DNA of 64,000 nt from Octopus vulgaris (Eukaryota): assembly GCA_951406725.2 (NCBI GenBank), contig OX597830.1, positions 14,384,001 through 14,448,000 on the forward strand. The letters run 5' to 3'. The notes beneath the pieces are model-generated. The model was not told the DNA's origin, did no database searches, and saw nothing but the letters and a program-made list of their open reading frames with translations. A program made the position numbers and the translations under genes. This document shows positions 27,621 to 42,426 of the stretch, piece after piece. How positions within the stretch are numbered: position 1 is the first letter of the stretch; every line of letters starts with the position of its first letter.

Positions 27621-28300
27621 AGGACACCAAAAAGAAAAACGTCGAACACAATGAGAAACGAAAACATAAACACAAAACCAAGGAAAGGGACATTTTTTAA
27701 ACAACGATAAAACAGAGTGCAAGATATACAACACAAGGAACATTCCCCTTCTTCAACCGCCTCTGCTTCGTCTACTCCGTGTTTCGAAGGTAAATGCGGG
27801 ACACGACTTCGTTGAAACTGTCTTTCCCGCAAATCAAATTAAATAAAATTTGAGATTTTTTGCGGAGCGGTAAAAGTGGTAACAAAAACGGGACAGTAAA
27901 AACAATACAAATAAAAACAGTAAAAGATAGGACAAAGAGAATGACCTGAGAAGGACAGAGGACCACTGCCTTTCTGACTACTGCTTCCAACAAGTGTAGA
28001 CGGCCTTCTCTGTCCCTCTCAAGCCGTTCTCAAAGCGTTCAAAATAAGTTTTCCTTCGTTCAGGCTTAACAGCATGTATATATATTAATACCAAATCTAT
28101 CTTCTGGCTACTTGAGAAATTATTATTACTATCTCAACTAACACTTTGGGAGTTCTTGAAGTAGATCCAACGAAAATATACCCCGACTGCGGATGACACT
28201 AGGTAGCCTAGACTATGCCAGTGCTTTACTCAACACATCAGCACACTAATTGACATATACTCATTAGTCCAAAATATTATATATACACATATAATATATC

Positions 28301-28427
28301 ATAACTGAAAGTCTCTGTTTTTTAGTACTCAGAGTTGCTCGTTTCCGATCATCTGGTGGTAAACTGAAACTGGTTTTCGTTTGAAACGAGCAACTAGGAG
28401 TACTGCAAATCGGAGCCTTTCAGTTAT
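28301..28427. repeat. Imperfect inverted repeat / hairpin (MITE-like)
   Basis: ATAACTGAAAG...AGTACTC..AGTTGCTCGTTTC paired with GAAACGAGCAACT..GAGTACT...CTTTCAGTTAT. Confidence 0.7.
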
Positions 28428-28525
28428 AATGCATTAAAGAATATTCTACATTTATATTGAGTCCTGCAATTTACCACTTATGGTGGATCAACGGAGATTT
28501 ACACACACACAGACACACACACACA

Positions 28526-28578
<53 letters not shown>

Positions 28579-28746
28579 ATAAGAATTAAGATATAACTCC
28601 ATATTCTTATTTCGTTTTGGGATTTGGTTTGCAGGATTCTTTATATGAGTTCGTGTGTTGGAGCATATTCTATTGTGTCTGCCTTATTATTTAACACACT
28701 TACCGGTAACATTTCCACTTTTTTCTTATTCTTATTTTTTATTGTC

Positions 28747-28783
28747 CTAAAATTTTCGTTGCGTCTTGCAACCTTTTCAATAG
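28747..28783 (-). ncRNA. Minimal hammerhead motif with U3-A8 core variant
   Basis: Minus strand: CTA-TTGAAAA-G-GTTGC-aagac-GCAAC-GAAAA-TTT-TAG. Confidence 0.55.
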
Positions 28784-29200
28784 TTTTCACTGTCCGTTAT
28801 TTACACTGAGTTCCCTTTTGTTTGTTTGTGCGCATGTGTGTGAGTCAGTGTGTGTGTGTGTGCCTATACATGCATGCAGGTACGTATATATGTGTGTGTT
28901 TTTGCATGTGTATGTAAAGAAATTGACTCCATACTCTTACATATATAAATTCGACTCAAAATGCGTATTCATTTATATTTTAACACATATCGACACATGG
29001 ACATTTATAAAAATATTTATAAAATATAAAAATATATATCAATATATATAAAAATACATGTAATTAAAACCCATGTAGGATATGTGTGGAAGGAGGTGTG
29101 AGAAAAATAGAACTGATAAAAAGAGGACTGTTTTTTTTCTTTTTGTACTGATATTGAGATTAAAAGCTCCATAGAGTTCGGTGTATCTTAACCACTCCTT

Positions 29201-29363
29201 GACGCAGGAGTGGCTATGTGGTATGTAGGTTGCTTACCAACCACATGGTTCCGGGTTCATTCTCACTGCGTGGCACCTTGGGTAAGTGTCTTTTACTATT
29301 AGCCTCGGGCGGACCAAAGCCTTGTGAGTGGATTTAGTAGACGGAAACTGAAAAAAGCCCGTC

Positions 29364-29437
<74 letters not shown>

Positions 29438-29697
29438 ATGTATGTATGTATGTATGCATGCATGTATGTGTGTGTGTATGTATGTGTGTGTATATGTTTG
29501 TGTGTCTGTGTTTGTCTCCCTATATCACTTGACAATCGATGCTGGTGCATTTACATCCCCGAAAGTTAGCGGTTCGGTAAAAGAGAACGATAGAATAAGT
29601 ACTAGGCTTCCAAAGAATAAGTCCTGGGGTCGCTTTGCTCGACTAAAGGCGTAGCTCCAGCATGGGCGCAGTCAAATGACTGAAAGAAGTAAAAGAG
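29201..29697 (+). mobile_element. SINE family A, full length
   Basis: Head, internal microsatellite and tail match the consensus. Confidence 0.9.
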
Positions 29698-30039
29698 GGT
29701 ATATAAGGTATACAATAGAGTTCAAGGAGGTTCACTTTGAAAGGCCGTTCATGTCCTGGTAGAAAAATTAATAAATCTTACAAACCATGTGGACATCGTC
29801 TCCGTCATCATACCTTTCCTGATCAAGGGATAATTAACCCAACGATCGTCTATACAGTTTCCGTCTAACCCTTTTCCCTAGGAAGTTATGGGACGCCCTT
29901 TGGCTATAGAAAAGGACATTTACTGAATACACCATGCGGTAGGCTCGAATTCGGAACGTCGAGGTTGCGAAGCGGACTTATCAACCTTTCAGCATTTGGT
30001 CGTACTGCTCCCAAAGACACGCACACTGGTTCACACACA

Positions 30040-30082
<43 letters not shown>

Positions 30083-30119
30083 TCACTCACTCACACACAC
30101 ACACACACGTGTAGCATTT

Positions 30120-30335
30120 TCGTTTCAAACTTTCGCACACGACCAGCAACTTTACCGGAGGGTTTGAGTCGATTATATTGACCCCAGTTCTCAACATTTA
30201 CCTTTTTTTACCGACCCAGAGAGGATCAAAAGCAACGTCGACCTGAATGAAATTTGAACACAGGATGCAAAAACGAACGAAATACCGCTAAGCATTTTGT
30301 TCCGTGCAGTAACGATTCTTCCCGCCCGCCGCCCT
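30120..30335 (-). mobile_element. Degenerate SINE related to family C
   Basis: GTCGATTATATTGACCCCAG...GACCC.GA.AGGAT.AAAAGCAA.GTCGACCT...GAAATACCGCTAAGCATTT. Confidence 0.65.
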
Positions 30336-30363
30336 AAATGTATGTACAGCATATCGGATGGAA

Positions 30364-30750
30364 GCACTCCGTCGGTTACGACGACAAGGGTTCCGGTTGA
30401 TCCGAATCAACGGAACAGCCTGCTCGTGAAATTAACGTGTAAGTGGCTGAGCACTCCACAGACACGTGTACCCTTAACGTAGTTCTCGGGGATATTCAGC
30501 GTAACACAGAGAGTGACAAGGCCGGCCCTTTGAAATACAGGTACAACAGAAACAGGAAGTAAGATTGAGAGAAAAGTTGTGGTGAAAGAGTACAGCAGGG
30601 ATCACCACCATTCCCTCCCTGCCGGAGCCTCGTGGAGCTTTTAGGTGTTTTTGCTCAATAAACACTCACAACGCCCGGTTTGGGAATCGAAACCGCGATC
30701 CTATGACCGCGAGTCCGTTGCCCTAACCACTGGGCCATTGCGCCTCCACA
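30364..30750 (-). mobile_element. tRNA-derived SINE family B2, full length
   Basis: Minus-strand head GTGGAGGCGCAATGGCCCAGTGGTTAGGG...GGTTTCGATTCCC with A/B boxes; 3' tail shared with B1. Confidence 0.85.
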
Positions 30751-31017
30751 CAGCATATTACTACCATATTCGATTCAGACATTCACTATTTTCTTACTTT
30801 GCTTCTTAATATCTTCCTTAATCCTCACAGCTAATTTTCCTCTCTCCTACATTTACACTTATTCAGTAAATGTTTTTTCTCAAATACGAAAAACGCTTTA
30901 CATTATTTTTTAATCTTTTTTTCCCTTGCAAAGTTACCATGAATAAACAACATGCAATCATTTTGCATATATATATATATAGGCTTTCTTTTTTTGTTTA
31001 CCATCTTATTATTACCA

Positions 31018-31470
<453 letters not shown>

Positions 31471-31499
31471 TGTTACTTGCCGCTGAACACAACATATTA

Positions 31500-31900
31500 T
31501 TGGCCTCTAATACCACATGGAAAAGGCCCCATTCACTTTCCTTTTCTTTCTCTAAACTCGCATACTGTTTTTAGCAATCTCTTATTTCTTAGCCCTCAAG
31601 CTGTTTTTGATTACGCTGACCCAAACTTGATTTTCTTTGCTGCCAAGCGCTCTCGCCTCGCAGCTTCTGCCCACATCAGTGCCATCTATTGACTGTTTAA
31701 TTCAACTAACAACAACTCTCGTAACTGTTTGACTCGTAAACTGACACCTCGCGCCTTACTTTATTATCTGCACGGTGACCTCTAATTTCAATCCATTTAC
31801 ATTGCCATTGCACATCTAATGCATTTTTTATTCCTCCAGAATGGCCTAACGTGCACATCCTGTTGTTGCCGGGGTTTGTGAGGGGCTGACTCTCTGTCTC
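31500..31900 (-). pseudogene. Possible highly degenerate RTE-type LINE endonuclease N-terminus
   Basis: Broken translation ..CIRCAM.NVNGLK.R...RREV.. loosely fits the T.NV..L..R...RR.V AP-endonuclease start. Confidence 0.3.
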
Positions 31901-31913
31901 TTTGTTTTTCCCC

Positions 31914-33484
<1,571 letters not shown>

Positions 33485-33592
33485 ATTAAAAAGTCAGTAA
33501 AAGAAAATGGAAAAGACAAATTAAAAAGATGCTTGGTTCATTTTATATTACAATTGGAAAAGTAATGCAAATTAAAAGATGTACCGATTAGA

Positions 33593-33645
<53 letters not shown>

Positions 33646-33648
<3 letters not shown>

Positions 33649-33859
33649 GATTGGCCAAAAGTCACCTGACAGTAAATCGAAAGTTTAAGTTTAACAACCG
33701 AATGAATGTAATAAAAGCATCTAAATATGAAACATCATGAACATTGCTCAAACTGAATTCCTTCTTGAGCGACACATTTTTCCATTCGAGTCAATACAGT
33801 ATAACAGACAGTATTTATGGAATTTTGATTTACTGTCGGCTGACTTCTGGCCAACCATG
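33646..33859. mobile_element. Tc1/mariner-type MITE
   Basis: TIRs GGATTGGCCAAAAGTCACCTGACAGTAAATC / GATTTACTGTCGGCTGACTTCTGGCCAACC in a TA/GA tract. Confidence 0.75.
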
Positions 33860-33871
33860 TATATATGTATG

Positions 33872-33951
<80 letters not shown>

Positions 33952-33969
33952 TATACATACGTATGTATG

Positions 33970-34009
<40 letters not shown>

Positions 34010-34744
34010 TGTACATACAAGTCTCCTCTCCTCTCTTTATTCACCCCTCTCCCCTCTTTCTGTCATTGTAACTCGTAATCTTGGTAATACTTCCATTTCT
34101 CTCTCTATCTCACTCTCTGACACTTTTCATAAACGTGCATCTCAGTTTCCCTCTTCCCCTCTCTCTCTCTCACTCTGTCTATCTGTCTGTCTGAATCTCA
34201 CTCTCTCTCTCTCTCCCTCTCTTTCGCTGCCTCTCACTCTCTGTTTGTGCGGTTCTGTATGCGTGGTGTCAATATGTCGCTATGTCCGTGTGTCTTTGCC
34301 TGTGCCTTTGAATGCCTTTCACACTTTATGTCTCCCAAACCTAACTTCTCTTAATTTAATATCCGCTCCCTACACTCCCAGTACGTCTCTTATGACCTCT
34401 GACACACTAATTTGTTTCTCTCTGACCCCTCATACCAATAACTCCACTAATCCATCGAGGTTTAATCCCCGACATCATTATTTCTTGTTGGCTTCATTAA
34501 CAATATCATCCATTTGCCTTCCAATTACTCAGTCCCACAGCCTCCTAGCTTTCCTTCCCTTTCCTCTTCTCCCTTTCCTTTCCGTTTTCTTTCTTTTTCT
34601 ACTTTCTCGCCGTCTTCTTTTCGTAGAACTTTCTCTTTTACTCAGCTGGTATTTGAAACTTACGCTATTCTTCAAATCAACATACCTTGGCACCTATATA
34701 CTCAATCTGTACCGTTTTCTGCTCAGTTCATACTTTATTCCACA

Positions 34745-35085
34745 AACCACCACCACCACCACCACCACCACCACCACCACCACCACCACCACCACCACCA
34801 CCACCACCACCACCACCACCAACACCAACACCACAACCACCACCACCAACAACAACAACACCACCACCAACACCACCACCACAACCAACACCACCACCAC
34901 AACCACCACCACCACCAACAACAACAACACCACCACCACCACCACCACCACCACCACACCACCACCACCACACCACCAACACCACCACCACCACCACCAC
35001 CACCACCACCAACACCACCACCAACACCACCACCACACCACCACCACCACCACCACCCACCACCAACACCACCACCACCACCACT
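34745..35085. repeat. (ACC)n/(AAC)n microsatellite
   Basis: Visible; source of the poly-H/P/T ORFs. Confidence 0.95.
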
Positions 35086-35339
35086 TTCTCACATTACCCC
35101 ATCTCCTTTCCTAATTAAATCCCCCTTTCAACATATTCAATAGACTTTGCCTTCTCCCTTCCTCGGTAAACAATTATTCCCTTCCTCTCTTTCCATATAC
35201 CCCTCACCGACAACCTATTCACAACAGCTGACCTTTTCACCCCTCTTTATAATCTCAACTCTCCCATATGTTGATCTTAGAGGTCATTGAAATTATTGTA
35301 TTGTTTTAATACAATCCATCTTCTCGTCACACCTTATGT

Positions 35340-35745
35340 TGGTTTCAAATTTTGGCATGAGGCCAACAATTATAGAATGAAGGTTTAAGTTGGTTAAACC
35401 TACTACAGTGCAAAACTGGTACCTATTTCATCGACCCCATGAAAAGCAAAGACAACATCGGTGGCATTTGAACCCAGATAGTAAAGACAGCCGGTATGTT
35501 AGCAGTTTTGCCGGCTCGACCGACTTATCACACATTGTATTGATTCCAAGCTGGGTTCAAATTTCGGCACAAGGCCAGTAAGATTGAGGAAGGGTGTAAT
35601 TTGCTTAAATCTATCCCAGTGCAAATTTGATCCTTATTTTAGCGACCCTAAAAGCAAAGTCGAAACTGGTTGAGCCCAGAACTTCAAGACGAACGAAATA
35701 CTGCTACGCATTTTGCCCGGCGTGCTAACGATTTTGACAGCTCGA
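35340..35745 (-). mobile_element. Two tandem degenerate family-C-related SINE copies
   Basis: GTTTCAAATTT.GGCA..AGGCCA...CCCCA.TGCAAA...GACCC..AAAGCAAAG occurs twice; head GAAATACTGCTACGCATTTTGCCCGGCGTGCTAACG. Confidence 0.6.
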
Positions 35746-36003
35746 CGGCGTTATTACACCTTACATTACCTACATCAAGTAACCGATCTCTTGACCGTTC
35801 CATATCCAAATGCATTTTTTCATGTAAGTGTATATGAACATACGCGCGCGTGCGTGTTTGTGTGTTTGTGTATATATGTGTATATATGTGTGTATGCACG
35901 CGTACGTGTTAGCATATACGTGCATCATTATATATGATAAAATATCAATAGGCGCCTTTGTGCGTTTGTCTGTGTGGACAACAGAGAGAGAGAGGGGGGG
36001 GGG

Positions 36004-36045
<42 letters not shown>

Positions 36046-36516
36046 GTGAGTGAATGGGTGAGGGATTTGGATGTGTGTAACGGCAATGTAGATAGATAGA
36101 CAGATGGACAGACAGACACATAAATAGACAGACAGACAAACAGACGGATGGACGGAGGATGGATGGATGGATTGATGGATGGATGGAATGTATATTTAAG
36201 GAACTATCGAAGATCATAAACTTAGGCAATGCTAATCTTTGCGGAAATGGATTATGAATTAAATAAACTGGATGGTGATTATATGTCAAGATAGTATATG
36301 TAGGTGCTTATATGAAGATTTAGTATGGTTATTGAAGGAAACATGCACAGATCAATAATACAACCGCAAACAATTACTCTGATCTCAGAAAGATATAATA
36401 CGATTTACAAGAGGGAAATTAAAATTTAGATTAAGATTTATTAAACCATTGCTTTACGTCAAACTATCATGAAATAAATAAGAAAACCTTGTTGTTGGTT
36501 AACCGCTATATTTCAA

Positions 36517-36633
<117 letters not shown>

Positions 36634-36644
36634 TACACACATAT

Positions 36645-36707
<63 letters not shown>

Positions 36708-36878
36708 TATATGTATATATATATACATGCATATATATATATATTGTATGGAAAATCTGAATAATGCTATGAAACAAGGACGGCATAAACTTAAAAGCAT
36801 GTAAACATGCACACACACACACACACACACGCATGCACACACGCAGACGCACACATACTCACACATACACACACAATG

Positions 36879-36931
<53 letters not shown>

Positions 36932-37057
36932 CTTGCTTCATAGCATTATTCACATTTTCCATACAATTTTCTAATGCAATATCTTGGATCTGTGAATTGC
37001 GTGTAGGGAAAAAAATTATATACAAATATCTTGATGATGATGATGATGATGATAAAA

Positions 37058-37106
<49 letters not shown>

Positions 37107-37229
37107 GGATGATAATGATGATGATGATAATGATGATGTGGAATTAAAATGGATAAAAAAATAGAACTAAAAGATACATAGATATATTCCTCAATCCTAG
37201 GCAATTCAGCTAGATTAATTCTAAGAAAA

Positions 37230-38750
37230 CCTTATTCCAATCAGCGTCAATTGCATCCTACCCCAGTTTCTTTTCTCCTACTTAGAAAAGCATGCTCAGC
37301 GTATGCCAATTCAGGCTCACAGATCTCTCCAATCTCATACATCTTTCCTTAAATGCACTAGAAGGCAGCACCTCCTCTGTATCGTTACATTCCTCAACAA
37401 ATGTTTTTTGAAGGAACTTGATGATAACTTGGCGCGATAGTAAAATGCCTGTCTTCAAACCTTTGAGACTAGTCTACCACACAACCTCTTTTGTCACAGT
37501 CAGCAACCAGAAGAAGATTTGCCTTCCTTCCCTGCTAAAGGACAGTGGTGCGTCGATCTTCACTATAGACTCGAGATACTGTCGGATTCGTTCTACAGGC
37601 GACAACCGCTTTCCAACTGCTTTTAATGCACGGACAGGATGACAGGCAGGACAGTAGCCTTCTCCTACACACACCTGTGATAGGTGCAATTGTTGGTGCT
37701 AACATCCTTGAAGAGCTTTTCTTGACTAAGTAATGCTTCCCCTTGTAACACTGCCATACCAAGGACTTATGGAAGCTGATTATAATTCCCGAGCTGAATG
37801 AAGTTCCGAGGAGACCATTCAGAACGCTCTCGTCGCTACCCAGAATCAATCTCAGGACGTCGTTGCTCATACCTTTTACAGAAACCTAAAGTTACATCTC
37901 GCTGACGGTTCTAACCATGTCATTTAGTGCTATGAGCGCTTGACAACATCATGTATGCCAAGCATACATAATGTTGGCCTACGCTTTACCCCTAACTACA
38001 GCTCGGTGAAGAAGACGAAATGGAGAAAGTCATGTTACACGAGGAATTACAACCGTGTTTCGTGGTCTGCTACCACAACAGCTCCTTTATAGGATCCAGT
38101 TAGCTCAAGACATCATCAGGAGGAACCACGTCCGGTTTCGGCCCCTACTCCTCTACCTTTTTGACGTGGCACCCCCCCCCCCTTTCGGAGATGTCTTCAG
38201 CTCTGGTGTTGGGTGCATGTCTTCTTTCTTCTTATTTCTTCTGTTCCCTGGCCTCTTCGATGTATCGTCAGCGAGTGTCAGCCGGTGACTGACTGACTTG
38301 TCACATCTTTCCCTTTAAATACCTGCCGCTAGGCTCCAGCAGGCAGCCCCAGCAAGTTGTCATCATCGACACCATCCAAATTATTCAGATATTTCTGCAA
38401 GCGCGCCATTCTCAGCAGCTGTCAGCGCATCATCAAGGCTATCTGAGGCTTGCACGAAATAGTATTGATAGCAGATGGATTTCATGACCAGCAGAATCAA
38501 ACCCTCCCATGAGAAGCCGTAAAGCAATCTCTCCAATCTCTCTTGTTCTGTCTTTAGATATAGTCCGAAGCGGACGTACACTATCATGGTAATATATACA
38601 TTAACTAGTTCTGTCTAACTTTTCAGGGATGGCCACACTACTAGTAACATATTTTCAGTTCCTATTCATTTGAAGTTCTGGTCCGAACCATGCTCCAAGC
38701 ACTTTCACCAAGCCCAGCGACAGAAATCGCCTCTGGGCAGTATGGATTGG
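37230..38750 (-). pseudogene. Degenerate L1/Tx1-like LINE remnant (ORF2 C-terminal region at 37230-37880; possible ORF1 piece at 38050-38750)
   Basis: FHKSLVWQCYKG...SCPCIK and GRQIFFWLLTVTKEVVW resemble the Tx1-type C-terminal zinc-binding region; TCWGC is a degenerate knuckle. Confidence 0.5.
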
Positions 38751-39379
38751 CCTCTCTAAGTGCCTACTTGTAAAATCACTGACTTGTCCCGGTTTATATG
38801 TGCTCCTATCTTCCATCACTAGTTTGTTTTCCTATCGTGATCAATACTGTTTCATTCAGGCTTCACACTAACAACTACCCCTAATCTTTCCCCCCCAAAT
38901 CTTCGTATTTCTGGAATAACTAGCCTACCTATGTTTTAATTGAATTAAGAACTACACGCTAAGAGTTTACGTGTCTATACTATTTCCGTCGTCCCTGTTA
39001 ATATCATTTAATTAATGATAGTTTTTGCTGTTGAAACAAAGTTACTTAGACCCACGACAAAGGTCGATAAACTTAACGTTGGTTAACTCTATTGTCGTTG
39101 TCAAAGATTATGGTGACAGATTATCGAGTAAATTCGGATTAAAGTAATCGTACTATAACAAAGCGAACATTACACCTTAGCACACATATCGTATATCACA
39201 TAGTATTTGCACAACTTAATGTAATTCGAGACGTGTATAGATAACAACTTGCTTAGTGGTTAATTAGAGAGTGACAGATGATGAAGACATCAAGCATATA
39301 TGTACATTCGACTGAAGGTAGTTTATGCTTGTTGGAAGTATCACTAAAGCCAATCAGTACACATAGTGCTGTTATAAAA

Positions 39380-40538
39380 AATACCTATTTCTTTACTACC
39401 CACAAGGGGCTAAACACAGAGGGGACAAACAAGGACAGACAAACGGATTAAGTCGATTATATCGACACCAGTGCGTAACTGGTACTTATTTAATCGACAC
39501 CGAAATGATGAAAGGCAAAGTCGACATCGGCGGAATTTGATCTCAGAATGTAACGGCAGACGAAATACCTATTTCTTTACTAGCCGCAAGGGGCTAAACA
39601 CAGAAAGGACAAACAAGGACAGACAAACGGATTAAGTCGATTATATCGAGCCCAGTGCTTAACTGGTACATTATTTAATCGACCCTGAAAGGATGAAAGG
39701 CAAAGTCGACCTCGGCGAAATTTGAACTCAGAACGTAACGGCAGACGAAATACTTATATCTTTACTAGCCACAAGGGGCTAAACACAGAGAGGACAAACA
39801 AGGACAGACAAACGGATTAAGTCGATTACATCGACCCCAGTACATAACTGGTACTTATTTAATTGACCTCGAAAGGATGAAGGGCTAAGTCAACATCGGT
39901 GGAATTTGAACTCAGAAGGTAACGGCAGACGAAATACCTATTTCTTTACTACCCACAAGGGGCTAAACACAGAGAGGAAAAACAAGGACAGACAAACGGA
40001 TTAAGTCGATTATATCGAGCCCAGTGCTTAACTGGTACATTATTTAATCGACCCTGAAAGGATGAAAGGCAAAGTCGACCTCGGCGGAATTTGATCTCAG
40101 AACGTAACGGCAGACGAAATAACTATTTCTTTACTACCCACAAGGGGCTAAACAAAGAGAGGACAAACAAGGACAGACATAGGTATTAAGTCGATTACAT
40201 CGACCCCAGTGCGTAACTGGTGCTTAATTTATCGACCCCGAAAGGATGAAAGGCAAAGTCGACCTCGGCGGAATTTGAACTCAGAACGTAACGGCAGACA
40301 AAATACCTATTTCTTTACTACCCACAAGGGGTTAAACACAGAGAGAACAAACAAGGACAGACAAAGGGATTAAGTCGATTATATCGACCCCAGTGCGTAA
40401 CTGGTACTTAATTTATCGACCCCGAAAGGATGAAAGGCAAAGTCGACCTCGGCGGAATTTGAACTCAGAACGTAACGGCAGACGAAATACCGCAAAGCAC
40501 TTCGCCCGGCGTGCTAATGTTTCTGCCAGCTCACCGCT
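39380..40538 (-). mobile_element. SINE family C: one head plus six tandem ~185-bp body units
   Basis: Units start near 39380, 39564, 39749, 39934, 40118 and 40302; single head at 40486-40538; monomer at 53265-53487; flanking direct repeat GCTG(T/G)TATAAAAAATA. Confidence 0.9.
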
Positions 40539-40858
40539 GGTATAAAAAATAGTTATTGCATATGCACAGTACCGAATGACACGTCAACCAAGTAACTAAC
40601 TGCAAATAAGAAGACGAAATAATTAAAGCATACAAATAGTAGAACATATTTAATATACATGAGAAAAATACGAATAAAATAACATTGAAGTTTGCAAAAT
40701 ATGTTTTTTTAGAATAAAGACAGATAAGAATCGAATTTCGATTAAAAGCTAAATAATTCTACAAAATTTTAAGTTCATTATCATTAAAAAAAAATCATTT
40801 AACGGTTTTTAGTTTATAGAAAGGTTACTTCTGACTTATAAATGTATACGGGTATCTG

Positions 40859-40914
<56 letters not shown>

Positions 40915-41187
40915 TTTGTACATATAAATATGTACCTGCGAGTATTGCTATTTATATTATATTGTGTATTTACCTGCTAATGTGAGCGTGCAAATTTGAA
41001 ACAAAATAATGCCAAAAATAATAAATCAATTTAGTAAGAAAAAGTGCCTATAAGAACGGAGTTTATATAGGGACAGACGACTTATATATATATACATACA
41101 CATACACACGCACATTCGTTCATTCATTCATTCATACATACATACATACATACATACATACATACATACATACATACATACATGCAT

Positions 41188-41242
<55 letters not shown>

Positions 41243-41244
<2 letters not shown>

Positions 41245-42120
41245 TGGGTGTCCCCCTAAGATGTATGCACACATTGAATCTTACTATAATGGGCATTATG
41301 TCTGTCTGTTCGTCTGTCCGTCTGTTCCCTCTTCGCGGTGAAACGGCCGGACCAATGGTCACGATGTTTTTCGGGATTACGAAGGAGCAAATCAGGAAGG
41401 TTTCTAACGAAAATGTATGTGAAAATGTATGATTCTTTAGCGGATATTGAGTTTGGTATTAATAAATCACATTTGACATGTTTTTTGGCAAAATTCCAGT
41501 GACGGGGATTAACTCTAGATTAACCCCTATCCTCACAAACATTTTGTTTTCCATTTGGAAACATTCTTGTTCAATGGAATCTCTTTGTTAACTTAAGTAC
41601 CCCCATAAAAAAAGAAAAAAATATTTCGTGGTGTGAACTTTGGTGAATCTTTTTGTCCAGTCTACCGGTTTGGCAAAACCTTACCAATATAGTCTCTGAT
41701 ATTATTATGATAGAGCGAGGTACCTCATTTTTTTTAAACAAATCCCCACACCTGCAAAGTCCTCTTGAGTGCTTCACATGACAGATTATCGCAATACGTT
41801 CAAGTAAATGATGTCGGGTCATAGTACTGTCAAAAAGAATAGTTCAATTAATCTCTTTGATGATAAGCCATGCCAACCTATAACTTCTTGTAAATTAACA
41901 TGATGTTTTTGTGTAATATGCTCATTCTTAGGTCTTCAGAAAGTGCAATTGTGGAAGTTGATCGAGCAATTTAATTTAAATGTGCCTTCATAACCACAAA
42001 TAATTTATTTAGAGAAGTGGGCGACTTCTGTACATCTTGCTAAATATCAATTGCAAACCTCCATTCTTCGGTTCAAACCATTTTCATTAGGAGCATGGAA
42101 TATTCGAAATATGTGATTTG
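41243..42120 (-). pseudogene. Degenerate Tc1/mariner-superfamily (rosa/DD41D-like) transposase remnant with a Helitron-like 5' piece inserted at ~41279-41550
   Basis: Minus translation FHAPNENGLNRRMEVC...GYEGTFKLNCSINFHNC...VNLQEVIGWHGLSSKRLIELFF...YHNNIRDYI...WGYLK-like; TIR-like CTGGGTGTCCCC at 41244. Confidence 0.6.
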
Positions 42121-42269
42121 TCAGATACCAGTTGGAATTTCAAAGAAAGATATTAGTATCCAAGTGTGAGTGTGTATTTGCGTATGTGTATGTGTGTGAG
42201 TGTGTGTGTATGCTTGTGTGTATATCTGCGCGTGTGCGTATATATATGCATTACGAACATACAGATACA

Positions 42270-42420
42270 TAGGCTTTGTTGTGTGGTAAGAAGTTTGCTT
42301 CATAAATATACAGTTCCGGGTTCAATCCCACTGCGTGGAATCTTGAGGCTATAGCCCCGTGATGACCAAAGCCTTGTGAATGGACTCGGTTGGCAGAAAC
42401 TGACAGAAGCACATCGTATA
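42270..42420 (+). mobile_element. SINE family A, degenerate 5' half
   Basis: TGTGTGGTAAGAAGTTTGCTT...GGTTCAATCCCACTGCGTGG...ACCAAAGCCTTGTGAATGGA. Confidence 0.7.
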
Positions 42421-42426
42421 TGCTTA

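Noticed and set aside
30670-30750. tRNA gene
   Set aside because: A/B boxes are present but there is no proper acceptor stem, and it continues into a SINE body.
33963-35143. 383-aa and overlapping proline/histidine-rich ORFs (extensin- or mucin-like)
   Set aside because: Open in several frames only because (CT)n and (ACC)n repeats lack stop codons.
39380-40538. CRISPR-like regular array with palindromes
   Set aside because: Whole units repeat with no unique spacers, there are no cas genes, and the unit is a SINE body. No hammerhead core was found in it either.
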